Of a DNA stretch of 24,000 bases, positions 15,908 through 24,000 are shown piece after piece. The notes beneath the pieces are model-generated. The model did no database searches. It was given only the letters and a program-made list of their open reading frames with translations, and was not told the origin of the DNA. The DNA comes from Aliiglaciecola sp. 3_MG-2023 (GTDB taxonomy: Bacteria; Pseudomonadota; Gammaproteobacteria; Enterobacterales; Alteromonadaceae). Each line of letters begins with the position of its first letter. Position 1 is the first letter of the stretch. The DNA lies in contig NZ_JAUORV010000008.1 in the NCBI RefSeq assembly GCF_030548205.1, positions 149,792 through 173,791 on the forward strand, read 5' to 3'. The position numbers and the translations under genes were made by a program.

Positions 15908-15925
15908 GTATTTGGAGCTTTATTT

Positions 15926-16381
15926 TTGTCACAACTTGAACAAAAACTCACGGATATGCTAGTTGCACCAGTTGAAGCTACAGGCTTTGAGTTGGTGGGA
16001 GTAGAATTTGTTCGTGCTGGAAAACACTCGACGATGCGCGTCTATATAGATCATCCTGATGGAATTACTGTTGAGAATTGTGCTGACGTGAGTTTACAGG
16101 TTAGCGCAGTATTGGATGTTGAAGATCCCATTAGTACTGAATATAACCTAGAAGTATCGTCTCCCGGCATGGATAGACCGCTGTTTAAAGAAGCGCATTA
16201 TCAACAGTGTGTTGGAGAGGTTGTGGCAGTGCGGTTGCGTATGCCAATGAATGATAGAAGAAACTTTAAAGGTACATTGTTAAGTGTCGACAATGGAAAT
16301 CTAACGGTAGAAGTTGATGGTCAAGAATTCGTTTTAGCCGTGGCAAATATCGAAAAAGGTAATTTGGTTCCAACGTTTTAA
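15926..16381 (+). CDS. rimP: Ribosome maturation factor RimP (TTG start)
   Basis: From TTG 15926 the protein begins (M)[27 protein letters not shown], compared with E. coli [28 protein letters not shown]. GGAG at 15914-15917 lies 8 nt upstream. The longer ORF-track start at 15812 would translate through the terminator hairpin and is rejected. Confidence 0.9.
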   Translation: MSQLEQKLTDMLVAPVEATGFELVGVEFVRAGKHSTMRVYIDHPDGITVENCADVSLQVSAVLDVEDPISTEYNLEVSSPGMDRPLFKEAHYQQCVGEVVAVRLRMPMNDRRNFKGTLLSVDNGNLTVEVDGQEFVLAVANIEKGNLVPTF

Positions 16382-16430
16382 GAAAGATTCATATTAGCGC
16401 TTTCTTAGGGAAGCAATCAGTGAGGCAACG

Positions 16431-17924
16431 ATGAATAAAGAAATTTTGTTAGTGGCAGAAGCCGTTTCAAATGAAAAGCAGGTTCCCAAAGAGAAAATCT
16501 TTGAGGCATTAGAGTATGCCATTGCCAGCGCTACTAAAAAGAAAAATGAAGGCGAAATTGAAGTACGAGTAAATATTGACCGTGAAACCGGTGATTTTGA
16601 TACTTTTCGTCGCTGGGTCGTCATTCCTGATGACCAGGTACAAGAAAATCCATATGCAGAAATAACCTTCTCTGCAGCGCAAGTTGACGATCCAGAGATT
16701 CAGCTGGGTGATTTCATTGAAGATCAAATAGAGTCAATTAAATTTGATCGAATCACAACACAAACTGCGAAACAGGTTATTGTGCAAAAAGTTCGTGAAG
16801 CTGAACGCGCACAAATGATTGCTGAATACGAAGATCGTGTGGGTGATTTGGTGACAGGTACGGTGAAAAAAGTGAATCGCGACAACGTTATTATCGATTT
16901 AGGTAATAATGCCGAAGGCGTGATTTACCGTGACGATATGCTACCTCGTGAAACCTTCCGTCCAGGTGACCGAGTACGTGGTTTACTTTACGTCATTCGT
17001 CCGGAAGCTCGCGGTGCACAGTTATTTATTAGTCGAACTCATCCAGATATGTTGGTTGAATTATTCCGTATCGAAGTACCGGAAATAGCTGAAGAAACGT
17101 TAGAAATTAAAGCCGCTGCTCGTGATCCAGGTTCGCGCGCTAAAATTGCTGTGAAAACTAATGACAAGCGTTTAGACCCTGTTGGGGCTTGCGTGGGAAT
17201 GCGCGGTTCTCGTGTACAAGCGGTTTCGGGTGAACTTGGCGGTGAGCGTGTCGATATCGTGTTGTGGGATGAGAATCCTGCTCAATTCGTTATCAATGCT
17301 ATGGCTCCAGCGGAAGTCGCATCAATCGTTGTAGACGAAGATGCAGGTTCGATGGATGTGGCTGTTGAAGCAGACAACCTAGCCCAGGCAATTGGTCGTA
17401 GTGGTCAAAACGTGCGTTTAGCGAGTCAGTTAACTGGCTGGACATTGAACGTCATGACCGTTGATGACTTAAACTCGAAACACGAAGAAGAAAACTCAAA
17501 AGTGTTAGGTGTATTTATCGAAAGCCTTGATATCGATGAAGATTTCGCCGCAGTTTTGGTTGACGAAGGATTCTCAACAGTTGAAGAAATAGCCTATGTT
17601 CCTGCTAACGAATTGTTAGCCATCGAAGGTTTCGATGAAGATATGGTTGAAGAGCTTCGTGGTAGAGCACGAGCGGCATTAACGACACAAGCTTTGGCAA
17701 ATGAAGAGTCTCTAGAAGCTTCTGAGCCTAAAGAAGAATTACTAAACCTCGAAGGTATGGAGCGCCATGTGGCCTACGTACTAGCAAGCAGAGGAATAAC
17801 AGACCTTGAAGGCTTAGCCGAACAAGGTACTGATGAAATAAGTGATATAGAAGAATTAGACGAAGAGAAAGCCGGACAGCTAATAATGGCTGCACGTAAC
17901 ATCGTCTGGTTTAGTGAAGAATAA
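16431..17924 (+). CDS. nusA: Transcription termination/antitermination factor NusA (with C-terminal acidic repeats)
   Basis: The N-terminus [16 protein letters not shown] is typical. An S1 domain is present, with KH domains ([25 protein letters not shown]; [18 protein letters not shown]) and two C-terminal HhH/acidic repeats. Confidence 0.97.
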   Translation: MNKEILLVAEAVSNEKQVPKEKIFEALEYAIASATKKKNEGEIEVRVNIDRETGDFDTFRRWVVIPDDQVQENPYAEITFSAAQVDDPEIQLGDFIEDQIESIKFDRITTQTAKQVIVQKVREAERAQMIAEYEDRVGDLVTGTVKKVNRDNVIIDLGNNAEGVIYRDDMLPRETFRPGDRVRGLLYVIRPEARGAQLFISRTHPDMLVELFRIEVPEIAEETLEIKAAARDPGSRAKIAVKTNDKRLDPVGACVGMRGSRVQAVSGELGGERVDIVLWDENPAQFVINAMAPAEVASIVVDEDAGSMDVAVEADNLAQAIGRSGQNVRLASQLTGWTLNVMTVDDLNSKHEEENSKVLGVFIESLDIDEDFAAVLVDEGFSTVEEIAYVPANELLAIEGFDEDMVEELRGRARAALTTQALANEESLEASEPKEELLNLEGMERHVAYVLASRGITDLEGLAEQGTDEISDIEELDEEKAGQLIMAARNIVWFSEE

Positions 17925-17952
17925 GTAAGATCAACAAGAGGAATACAGCTAT

Positions 17953-20562
17953 ATGGCAGAAGTCTCCATCGAAAAACTAGCCACCGACATAGGCACTCAA
18001 GTTGATCGCTTAGTTCAGCAGTTTGCAGACGCAGGTTTAACGAAAAAAGTGGGTGATATGATCACCGAAGATGAAAAGCGTCAGTTGCTTGATCATTTGA
18101 GTAAATCTCACGGTGGCAATGGTTCTGAAGGACCAAAGCGCATGACCTTGCAACGCAAGACAACCAGTACCTTGAGTGTTGGTAAGTCAAAAGCTGTTAA
18201 AGTCGAAGTACGTAAAAAACGTACTTACGTTAAACGCACTGATATTGAAGAAGCGCGTTTAGCAGAAGAAGAAGCTAAGCGTAAAGCGCAAGAAGCGCAG
18301 GAAAAACTTGAAGCAGAGCGTAAAGCTGCCGAAGAAGCGAAAAAAGCCGCTGAAGAAAAAGCGGTAAAAGCGGCAGAAGCAAAAGCGAAAGCAGAAGCTG
18401 AAAAAGCGGCAAGAATTGAGCAGGCTAAGAAAGAAGCAGCGGCACGTCAAAAAGAAGAAGTGCAGTTGTCTCCAGAAGAAAAAGCAGCGCAAGAAGAAGC
18501 AAGATTAGAAGCGGAGCGTATTCGCAAACTTCAGGAAGATGAAGCGCAGCGTAAACTTGAAGAAGACGCGAAGAAAGCGGCGGAAGAAGCTAAACGTTTA
18601 GCTGAAGAAAATGAGCGTCGTTGGAAAGAAGAAGAAGAACGTCGCAAAAAGCAAGAAGCTGAAGAAGTGCATTTGCACTCTAACCGTTATGCTCAAGAAG
18701 CTGAAGATGAAGAAGATGCGCAAGTAGAGCGTGGATCTCGTCGTCGTAAAAAATCGAAAAAGAATGCCGGTGCTGATCTTAAGCATGGCTTCAATAAACC
18801 TGCTCAACCCGTAGAGCGAATTGTGCGTATTGGTGAAACTATCAGTGTTGGCGAACTAGCTAGCAAAATGGCAATTAAAGCCACTGAAGTGATCAAAGCG
18901 ATGATGAAAATGGGTGAGATGGTTACCATTAACCAAGTCTTAGACCAAGATACGGCGGTTTTAGTCGTTGAAGAAATGGGTCACAAATATGAATTGGTAA
19001 ATGACAATGCATTAGAAGATGAATTGTTAGCTGGAAATGCCTCAGGTGATAAAGAAAATAGAGCGCCAGTGGTGACTATTATGGGTCACGTTGACCATGG
19101 TAAAACCTCATTGCTCGATTATATTCGTAGAGCGAAAGTTGCTGATGGTGAAGCGGGTGGTATAACCCAGCACATCGGTGCTTACAGTGTTGAAACGGAT
19201 AACGGTCGAATTGCTTTCTTAGATACCCCTGGACACGCCGCGTTTACTGCAATGCGTGCTCGTGGTGCTACCGCAACCGACATCGTAATATTGGTTGTTG
19301 CTGCTGACGATGGTGTAATGCCACAAACAAAAGAAGCGATTCAGCATTCTAAAGCTGCGGGTGTGCCTCTGATTGTTGCCGTTAACAAAATGGATAAAGA
19401 AGCGGCCGACCCAGATCGGGTTAAGACTGAATTATCTCAACTTGAAGTTATTTCAGAAGAGTGGGGCGGCGAGCACCAATTCGTAAACGTATCTGCTAAA
19501 ACAGGTATGGGCATCGACGAATTACTCGAAGCCATATCATTGCAAGCTGAACTACTTGACTTACAAGCTGTACCTACAGGTCCAGCAAAAGGTATCGTCA
19601 TTGAATCTCGCCTTGATAAAGGTCGCGGTCCTGTGGCTTCAGTACTTGTTCAAGAAGGTGAGTTAAAAGCCGGTGATATTCTATTATGTGGCATTGAATA
19701 CGGTCGTGTTCGTGCTATGCGTGATGAAAATGGTCATGAAGTAACTGTTGCCGGTCCATCAACTCCGGTTGAAGTACTGGGTTTATCTGGTGTACCTATT
19801 GCGGGTGAAGATGCATTAGTTGTGCAGGATGAACGTAAAGCTCGTGAAGTAGCGAGTAAGCGTAATATTAAACAGCGTGATTTGAAACTAGCTAAACAAC
19901 AAAAAGCCAAGCTTGAAAACATGTTTGCAAACATGGAAGCCGGTGATGTTAGTGAATTGAATGTGGTATTAAAAGCTGATGTTCAGGGCTCTGTGGAAGC
20001 AATTTCAGAATCATTGACTAAACTTTCAACTGATGAAGTGAAAGTCATTATTGTTGGTAGTGGAGTGGGTGGTATTACTGAAACTGATGCTAGCTTAGCT
20101 GCAGCTTCAAGTGCCATTGTCGTAGGCTTTAACGTACGTGCTGATGCTTCAGCAAGACGTATTATTGAAGCTGAAGAAATTGATTTGCGCTACTACAGTG
20201 TGATTTATGACCTGATTGATGAAGTTAAACAAGCCATGAGCGGGATGCTTGCGCCTGAGTTCAAACAACAAATTATTGGTTTGGCTGAAGTACGTGATGT
20301 ATTTAAATCACCGAAAATTGGGGCTATCGCAGGTTGTATGGTAACGGAAGGTAACATTAAACGCAGTGCTCCTATTCGTGTACTTCGTGAAAATGTGGTT
20401 ATCTATGAAGGTGAATTAGAATCACTGCGCCGCTTTAAAGACGATGTTCAAGAAGTCCGTAATGGAATGGAATGTGGTATCGGCGTGAAGAATTACAACG
20501 ATGTTAAGGTCGGTGACCAAATCGAAGTATTCGAAACCGTAGAAGTAAAACGCGAAATATAA
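17953..20562 (+). CDS. infB: Translation initiation factor IF-2
   Basis: The G-domain motifs are [18 protein letters not shown] and SAK. The N-terminal region is K/E/A-rich and low-complexity. The gene sits in the conserved position after nusA. Confidence 0.97.
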   Translation: MAEVSIEKLATDIGTQVDRLVQQFADAGLTKKVGDMITEDEKRQLLDHLSKSHGGNGSEGPKRMTLQRKTTSTLSVGKSKAVKVEVRKKRTYVKRTDIEEARLAEEEAKRKAQEAQEKLEAERKAAEEAKKAAEEKAVKAAEAKAKAEAEKAARIEQAKKEAAARQKEEVQLSPEEKAAQEEARLEAERIRKLQEDEAQRKLEEDAKKAAEEAKRLAEENERRWKEEEERRKKQEAEEVHLHSNRYAQEAEDEEDAQVERGSRRRKKSKKNAGADLKHGFNKPAQPVERIVRIGETISVGELASKMAIKATEVIKAMMKMGEMVTINQVLDQDTAVLVVEEMGHKYELVNDNALEDELLAGNASGDKENRAPVVTIMGHVDHGKTSLLDYIRRAKVADGEAGGITQHIGAYSVETDNGRIAFLDTPGHAAFTAMRARGATATDIVILVVAADDGVMPQTKEAIQHSKAAGVPLIVAVNKMDKEAADPDRVKTELSQLEVISEEWGGEHQFVNVSAKTGMGIDELLEAISLQAELLDLQAVPTGPAKGIVIESRLDKGRGPVASVLVQEGELKAGDILLCGIEYGRVRAMRDENGHEVTVAGPSTPVEVLGLSGVPIAGEDALVVQDERKAREVASKRNIKQRDLKLAKQQKAKLENMFANMEAGDVSELNVVLKADVQGSVEAISESLTKLSTDEVKVIIVGSGVGGITETDASLAAASSAIVVGFNVRADASARRIIEAEEIDLRYYSVIYDLIDEVKQAMSGMLAPEFKQQIIGLAEVRDVFKSPKIGAIAGCMVTEGNIKRSAPIRVLRENVVIYEGELESLRRFKDDVQEVRNGMECGIGVKNYNDVKVGDQIEVFETVEVKREI

Positions 20563-20585
20563 CCCTCGCGTTTCAATTAGAATTA

Positions 20586-20612
20586 AAACGGGGGCTTAGG
20601 CCTCCGTTTTTG
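20586..20612 (+). terminator. Hairpin plus T-run between infB and rbfA (probable partial terminator or processing site)
   Basis: AACGGGGGC-ttag-GCCTCCGTT (one G-U pair) is followed by TTTT. It lies 22 nt before the rbfA start. Confidence 0.5.
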
Positions 20613-20634
20613 ACTGTAATTTAGGAGTGTCAGT

Positions 20635-21063
20635 ATGGCTAGAGAATTTTCCCGCACTGAACGAGTTGGACAGCAAATCCACAAAGAAGTGGCCAGCATT
20701 TTCCAAAATGAATTTAAAAACCGTGATCCACGTTTAGGTATGGTCACCGTCTCGGGAGTTGATGTCTCTCGCGATTTAGCCCATGCCAAGGTTTATGTGA
20801 CGTTTTTTGAAACCGATGAAGAAAAACTGAAATTGTTTAATCAAATTTTAGAAGATAACAAAGGCTTTATTCGTACTTTGTTAGCTAAGCGCATGCGCAT
20901 GCGTGCAGTGCCCGCTTTGAAGTTTTATCAAGATACTTCCATTACGGAAGGTATCCGTATATCCACTTTGGTGTCTCAAACACTAAATGAAGATAAAGAA
21001 CGTGCCTTAAGAGCGGGTCGAGATTTAGACAAAGAAGAACAGGAAACGGACGACAACAACTAA
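20635..21063 (+). CDS. rbfA: 30S ribosome-binding factor RbfA
   Basis: The sequence [23 protein letters not shown]...[19 protein letters not shown] is typical of RbfA. The C-terminal tail is acidic. Confidence 0.95.
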   Translation: MAREFSRTERVGQQIHKEVASIFQNEFKNRDPRLGMVTVSGVDVSRDLAHAKVYVTFFETDEEKLKLFNQILEDNKGFIRTLLAKRMRMRAVPALKFYQDTSITEGIRISTLVSQTLNEDKERALRAGRDLDKEEQETDDNN

Positions 21064-22013
21064 TGGCGAGAAAGCGTAAAGGACGCGCCATAGATGGCAT
21101 GTTACTCCTCGATAAGCCGTTAGGGTTATCTTCAAACGATGCACTGCAAAAGGTAAAACGTTGCTTCAATGCCGCTAAAGCGGGACATACCGGTGCCCTT
21201 GATCCTTTGGCAACCGGTATGCTACCCATATGCTTAGGAGAGGCCACAAAATTCTCGCAGTTTTTACTGGATGCAGATAAAACCTATTCAGTTACGGCTA
21301 CCCTGGGAGTGCGCACTACTACTTCTGATGCTGACGGCGAGGTGGTTGAAAGTAAACCTGTAGAGGTTACTGTCGGGCAAATTGAAAAAGCATGTTTGAG
21401 TTTTTTGGGTACTTCTGATCAAGTGCCTTCAATGTTTTCGGCTTTAAAGTATCAAGGTAAACCCCTGTACTCATATGCAAGGCAAGGTATAGAAGTGCCG
21501 CGCGAAGCCAGAAAAATCACTATTTATTCGTTGCAAATCGAGAAGATTGAAGACAATAAAGTCCATATGATTGTGCATTGTAGCAAAGGTACTTATATTC
21601 GCTCGTTGGTAGATGATATTGGACAACTGTTAGGTTGTGGGGCTTTTGTTAGCCGTTTGCATCGCTCGAATGTAGCTGACTATCCTGCCGATAAGGTGAT
21701 TACCCTGGATGCATTACAGGCAATGCGTCAGGAGATCAATGATAATGAATTAGATATCATGGATGACGCCAGTTTCGCAGCTATGGATGCACTTTTATTG
21801 GCAATGGATTCGCCGGTTAAAACCTTACCTGAAGTTGAATTGGAAGCTGAGCGAGCGAGTTATTTTTGTAATGGCAATCCAGTCAATAGCAAACAAATTA
21901 TATCCATGCCGTTAGATTCTCAAGTTAGAGTATATTCGGACAATTTGTTTTTAGGGGTAGGCTTTATTGATGATAATTTGCAGGTGGCCCCTAAGCGTTT
22001 AGTTGTCAGATAA
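21063..22013 (+). CDS. truB: tRNA pseudouridine(55) synthase TruB
   Basis: [22 protein letters not shown] and the catalytic motif [23 protein letters not shown] are present. The start overlaps the rbfA stop (TAATG). Confidence 0.95.
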   Translation: MARKRKGRAIDGMLLLDKPLGLSSNDALQKVKRCFNAAKAGHTGALDPLATGMLPICLGEATKFSQFLLDADKTYSVTATLGVRTTTSDADGEVVESKPVEVTVGQIEKACLSFLGTSDQVPSMFSALKYQGKPLYSYARQGIEVPREARKITIYSLQIEKIEDNKVHMIVHCSKGTYIRSLVDDIGQLLGCGAFVSRLHRSNVADYPADKVITLDALQAMRQEINDNELDIMDDASFAAMDALLLAMDSPVKTLPEVELEAERASYFCNGNPVNSKQIISMPLDSQVRVYSDNLFLGVGFIDDNLQVAPKRLVVR

Positions 22014-22051
22014 ATTCATTTCCCAAAGATTATAGTACGAACAAATACACT

Positions 22052-22097
22052 TCTCAGGCTAAGCTACTTAAATAATCCCGTTTAGCCTGAGATTTTT
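22052..22097. terminator. Terminator hairpin between the convergent truB and M28 peptidase genes
   Basis: TCTCAGGCTAA (22052-22062) pairs with TTAGCCTGAGA (22082-22092), followed by TTTTT. The loop is long at 19 nt. Confidence 0.6.
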
Positions 22098-22111
22098 ATC
22101 ATCAGCACAAA

Positions 22112-24000
22112 TCACTTTTGTGATATTGGCTGGCTAATCATAACTGTGTCCGTAATTTTAAATACTGATGGCATGATATGCTCTTCTCTAGGGGACCATT
22201 GAGCAAAATATTGTGGTAAATCTCGACTTGTTTCCACCAACCTGAACTTGGCCGAAGGCGTTTCGGTGCGATATTGAATTTTCACTTCAATAGGTAGCAT
22301 ATCAGTTACCACATAATGCAACACTAAGTTGTCTCGCTTTTTACTGCCTGCAAAGTCGAAGGCTTGATGATTAATTGATAATGCAAACACTTCAATGGGC
22401 GCATCACTGAGCATTCGAATTGAACTAAGAGGACGATTTGGCTTGATTGTTAATTCAAGTTGAATAACGTCACTTTTATCTACTGAGCTCGTTACCGCCA
22501 CACTCGCGGGTTGGATATTAAGTGATGATGTACTACTAAGGTAATTTACGGAGCGACTCGTCCTATGGGACACTAAGCCCTTTAATCGGCTGGTATTGGT
22601 ATCATCCTCAGTAAAAAAAGGCTGAGTAAAACTGTCTAATTGTGTGTTGTAAGAGAATAACATGGCTTGCTTTGTCTCAGTGTCATATAAATAGTTGATA
22701 CTGCTAGGCTTTTTCCTATCTACCGAGTAATCTGCATTAATATATATACCTACAAAACTAATAAAAGCACCCGCTAAACAGAATAGTTGAATACTTCTGA
22801 TCCCTTTGATTACGAAAAATACTGGTAATAAGGTCATCACTAACAAGGATGTCATTACGGTGGCAACAGATAAGTTGGCTACGCCTAAACCCACAACAAG
22901 TACCGGTATCAAGGGCGATACTATGACAATCGAAGGCAAACTAAATAGTGTATAGGTAATGGCTTTACGGTTTGCGGTGGTTCTGTACCTCAGTAAGTTG
23001 CCGAAAATGGCCAGTGGGGCAACGGCTAAAATAATGAAGAATCCTGCGCCTTTAAGAAAAATACCAATGCTAATATTACTGATCACCCAAAAGGCAATAA
23101 TAGGTAAGTACCACTCAATGATTTTTATATTTCGAAATTTTTGGGACCACAATTGGTATATCCAAATACTCAACCCCAGCGTGAGTAATATGGCTGTCGC
23201 TAATATATAGTGCCCGCTGTATGGGAAACCTTGTTCAATGTCATTGAGCTGTGGGTAAAGCCAAAGCAAGCCGTGCCAAAGAATTAGTCCAAGTAATATG
23301 GCGAAGACGATATTTATGCACAGCGGGAGAGTCGCGATGAAAAGAGACTTAATGTTGATGTGCTTTTTGTTAATGGCGTTTACGCTCATCATCACAAACA
23401 CAAATGCCACTAGAATACTCATTGGCAGTACCCATAGAAAGGGATATTCATATAAGGCAATGTTGGCGAAATTAAAATACACCATATCTTTGTTAGAGGT
23501 GAGTTGGTCTAAATTCGCCTTGGCAAAATAGGGCAGTAAAACGGACAAATAACTGATTTGATGATTTAAACTGGCTGCATCCAATCTATCCGGTGTATCT
23601 TGAGCAGAGTGATAATCAAAATGATCATCTATAAACGCAAAATTAATACCGTTGATATCCCTTTGTTCTCTAAATACCGTAAGATCAGTATCATTTGGTA
23701 ACATTTTATAGATGCTATACATTAACGAATTCGCTGCTGGATAAACTACATTTGCATCTACCAAACTATCAATTAATTTTTTATTTCCTTGATTGGTTTC
23801 CAAAAGTACAAAGCTCGCCCCGCCGGAACCGCGAGCTTCAAAATTTAAAATCAAGCCAACCTTATCTGCTAACGGATGTCCTTTAACAATCGCTTCTGCG
23901 CCAAGTAATCCTTGCTCCTCTGCGTCAGTAAAAATAATGTAAATATCATTACTGTGCGCGATTCCGCTTGCCAGAAATGCACGTACTGATTCCAATATTA
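22112..24000 (-). CDS. M28-family zinc metallopeptidase fused to a polytopic membrane domain and a C-terminal extracytoplasmic domain. It is 5'-truncated by the window edge.
   Basis: The frame is open to nt 24000, so the TTG at 23995 is not the real start. The M28 metal-ligand region reads IIFTDAEEQGLLGA...LNFEARGSGG. About 9 hydrophobic TM segments follow, then a ~220-aa soluble C-terminal domain. Confidence 0.8.
   Translation of the reverse strand, partial: ILESVRAFLASGIAHSNDIYIIFTDAEEQGLLGAEAIVKGHPLADKVGLILNFEARGSGGASFVLLETNQGNKKLIDSLVDANVVYPAANSLMYSIYKMLPNDTDLTVFREQRDINGINFAFIDDHFDYHSAQDTPDRLDAASLNHQISYLSVLLPYFAKANLDQLTSNKDMVYFNFANIALYEYPFLWVLPMSILVAFVFVMMSVNAINKKHINIKSLFIATLPLCINIVFAILLGLILWHGLLWLYPQLNDIEQGFPYSGHYILATAILLTLGLSIWIYQLWSQKFRNIKIIEWYLPIIAFWVISNISIGIFLKGAGFFIILAVAPLAIFGNLLRYRTTANRKAITYTLFSLPSIVIVSPLIPVLVVGLGVANLSVATVMTSLLVMTLLPVFFVIKGIRSIQLFCLAGAFISFVGIYINADYSVDRKKPSSINYLYDTETKQAMLFSYNTQLDSFTQPFFTEDDTNTSRLKGLVSHRTSRSVNYLSSTSSLNIQPASVAVTSSVDKSDVIQLELTIKPNRPLSSIRMLSDAPIEVFALSINHQAFDFAGSKKRDNLVLHYVVTDMLPIEVKIQYRTETPSAKFRLVETSRDLPQYFAQWSPREEHIMPSVFKITDTVMISQPISQK

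Noticed and set aside
15812-15925. N-terminal extension of the rimP ORF (ORF-track start at 15812, [20 protein letters not shown]...)
   Set aside because: The extension would be translated through the GC-rich terminator hairpin and the T-runs, and has no homology to RimP. E. coli RimP aligns from the TTG at 15926, which has a well-spaced GGAG SD.
15385-15925. Expected metY-like tRNA-fMet (or another tRNA) upstream of rimP
   Set aside because: I looked on both strands for the initiator tRNA sequence, a GGTTCRAATCC-type T-arm and a cloverleaf, and found none. A tRNAscan-SE run would be decisive.
18259-18807. Minus-strand ORFs 18259..18492 and 18598..18807 (F/L/R/C-rich peptides)
   Set aside because: They are antisense shadows of the GAA/AAA/GCN-rich low-complexity region of infB. 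Their composition is the mirror of the K/E/A repeats, and no SD is present.
1-24000. Mobile elements, CRISPR arrays, integron or att sites, toxin-antitoxin or defence-system genes
   Set aside because: I saw no transposase or integrase-like ORFs, no terminal inverted repeats flanking the curli locus, and no regularly spaced repeat array. The only periodic DNA is the in-frame curlin repeat coding sequence.

Overview
This looks like a chromosomal window from an AT-rich gammaproteobacterium. A marine Alteromonadales-like origin is only an inference from codon usage and from how the proteins resemble E. coli orthologues. I read three blocks.

(1) 1-8.3 kb holds unrelated metabolic and envelope genes: a 5'-truncated periplasmic protein that fuses a family-3 and a family-1 (polyol-type) solute-binding domain, a monofunctional prephenate dehydratase, a GST, an aldo/keto reductase, a TauE/SafE-type permease, and a large secreted multidomain subtilisin (S8) on the minus strand.

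(2) 8.3-13.9 kb holds a complete curli-type functional amyloid locus in a non-enterobacterial layout. A small canonical curlin (CsgB-like) is followed by a very large curlin-repeat protein of about 487 aa (CsgA-like). A strong intrinsic terminator comes next, then csgE-csgF-csgG with tightly abutted genes. A convergent CsgD-like LuxR regulator has its 5' side facing a ~730-bp ORF-free region. No csgC or csgH is present.

(3) 13.9-24 kb holds a mannitol-dehydrogenase-family gene and then the conserved rimP-nusA-infB-rbfA-truB operon. The operon is preceded by a near-consensus promoter, a ~230-260 nt untranslated leader and one strong plus one weak terminator hairpin, where E. coli has the metY tRNA. 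The block ends with a convergent, 5'-truncated M28 metallopeptidase fused to a polytopic membrane domain.

The most interesting material is the curli locus: the giant, highly acidic CsgA-like protein with a modified repeat, the unusual operon logic, and repeated motifs in its regulatory DNA. The terminator-bearing rimP leader is second. I saw no CRISPR array, IS element, integrase, tRNA or rRNA.
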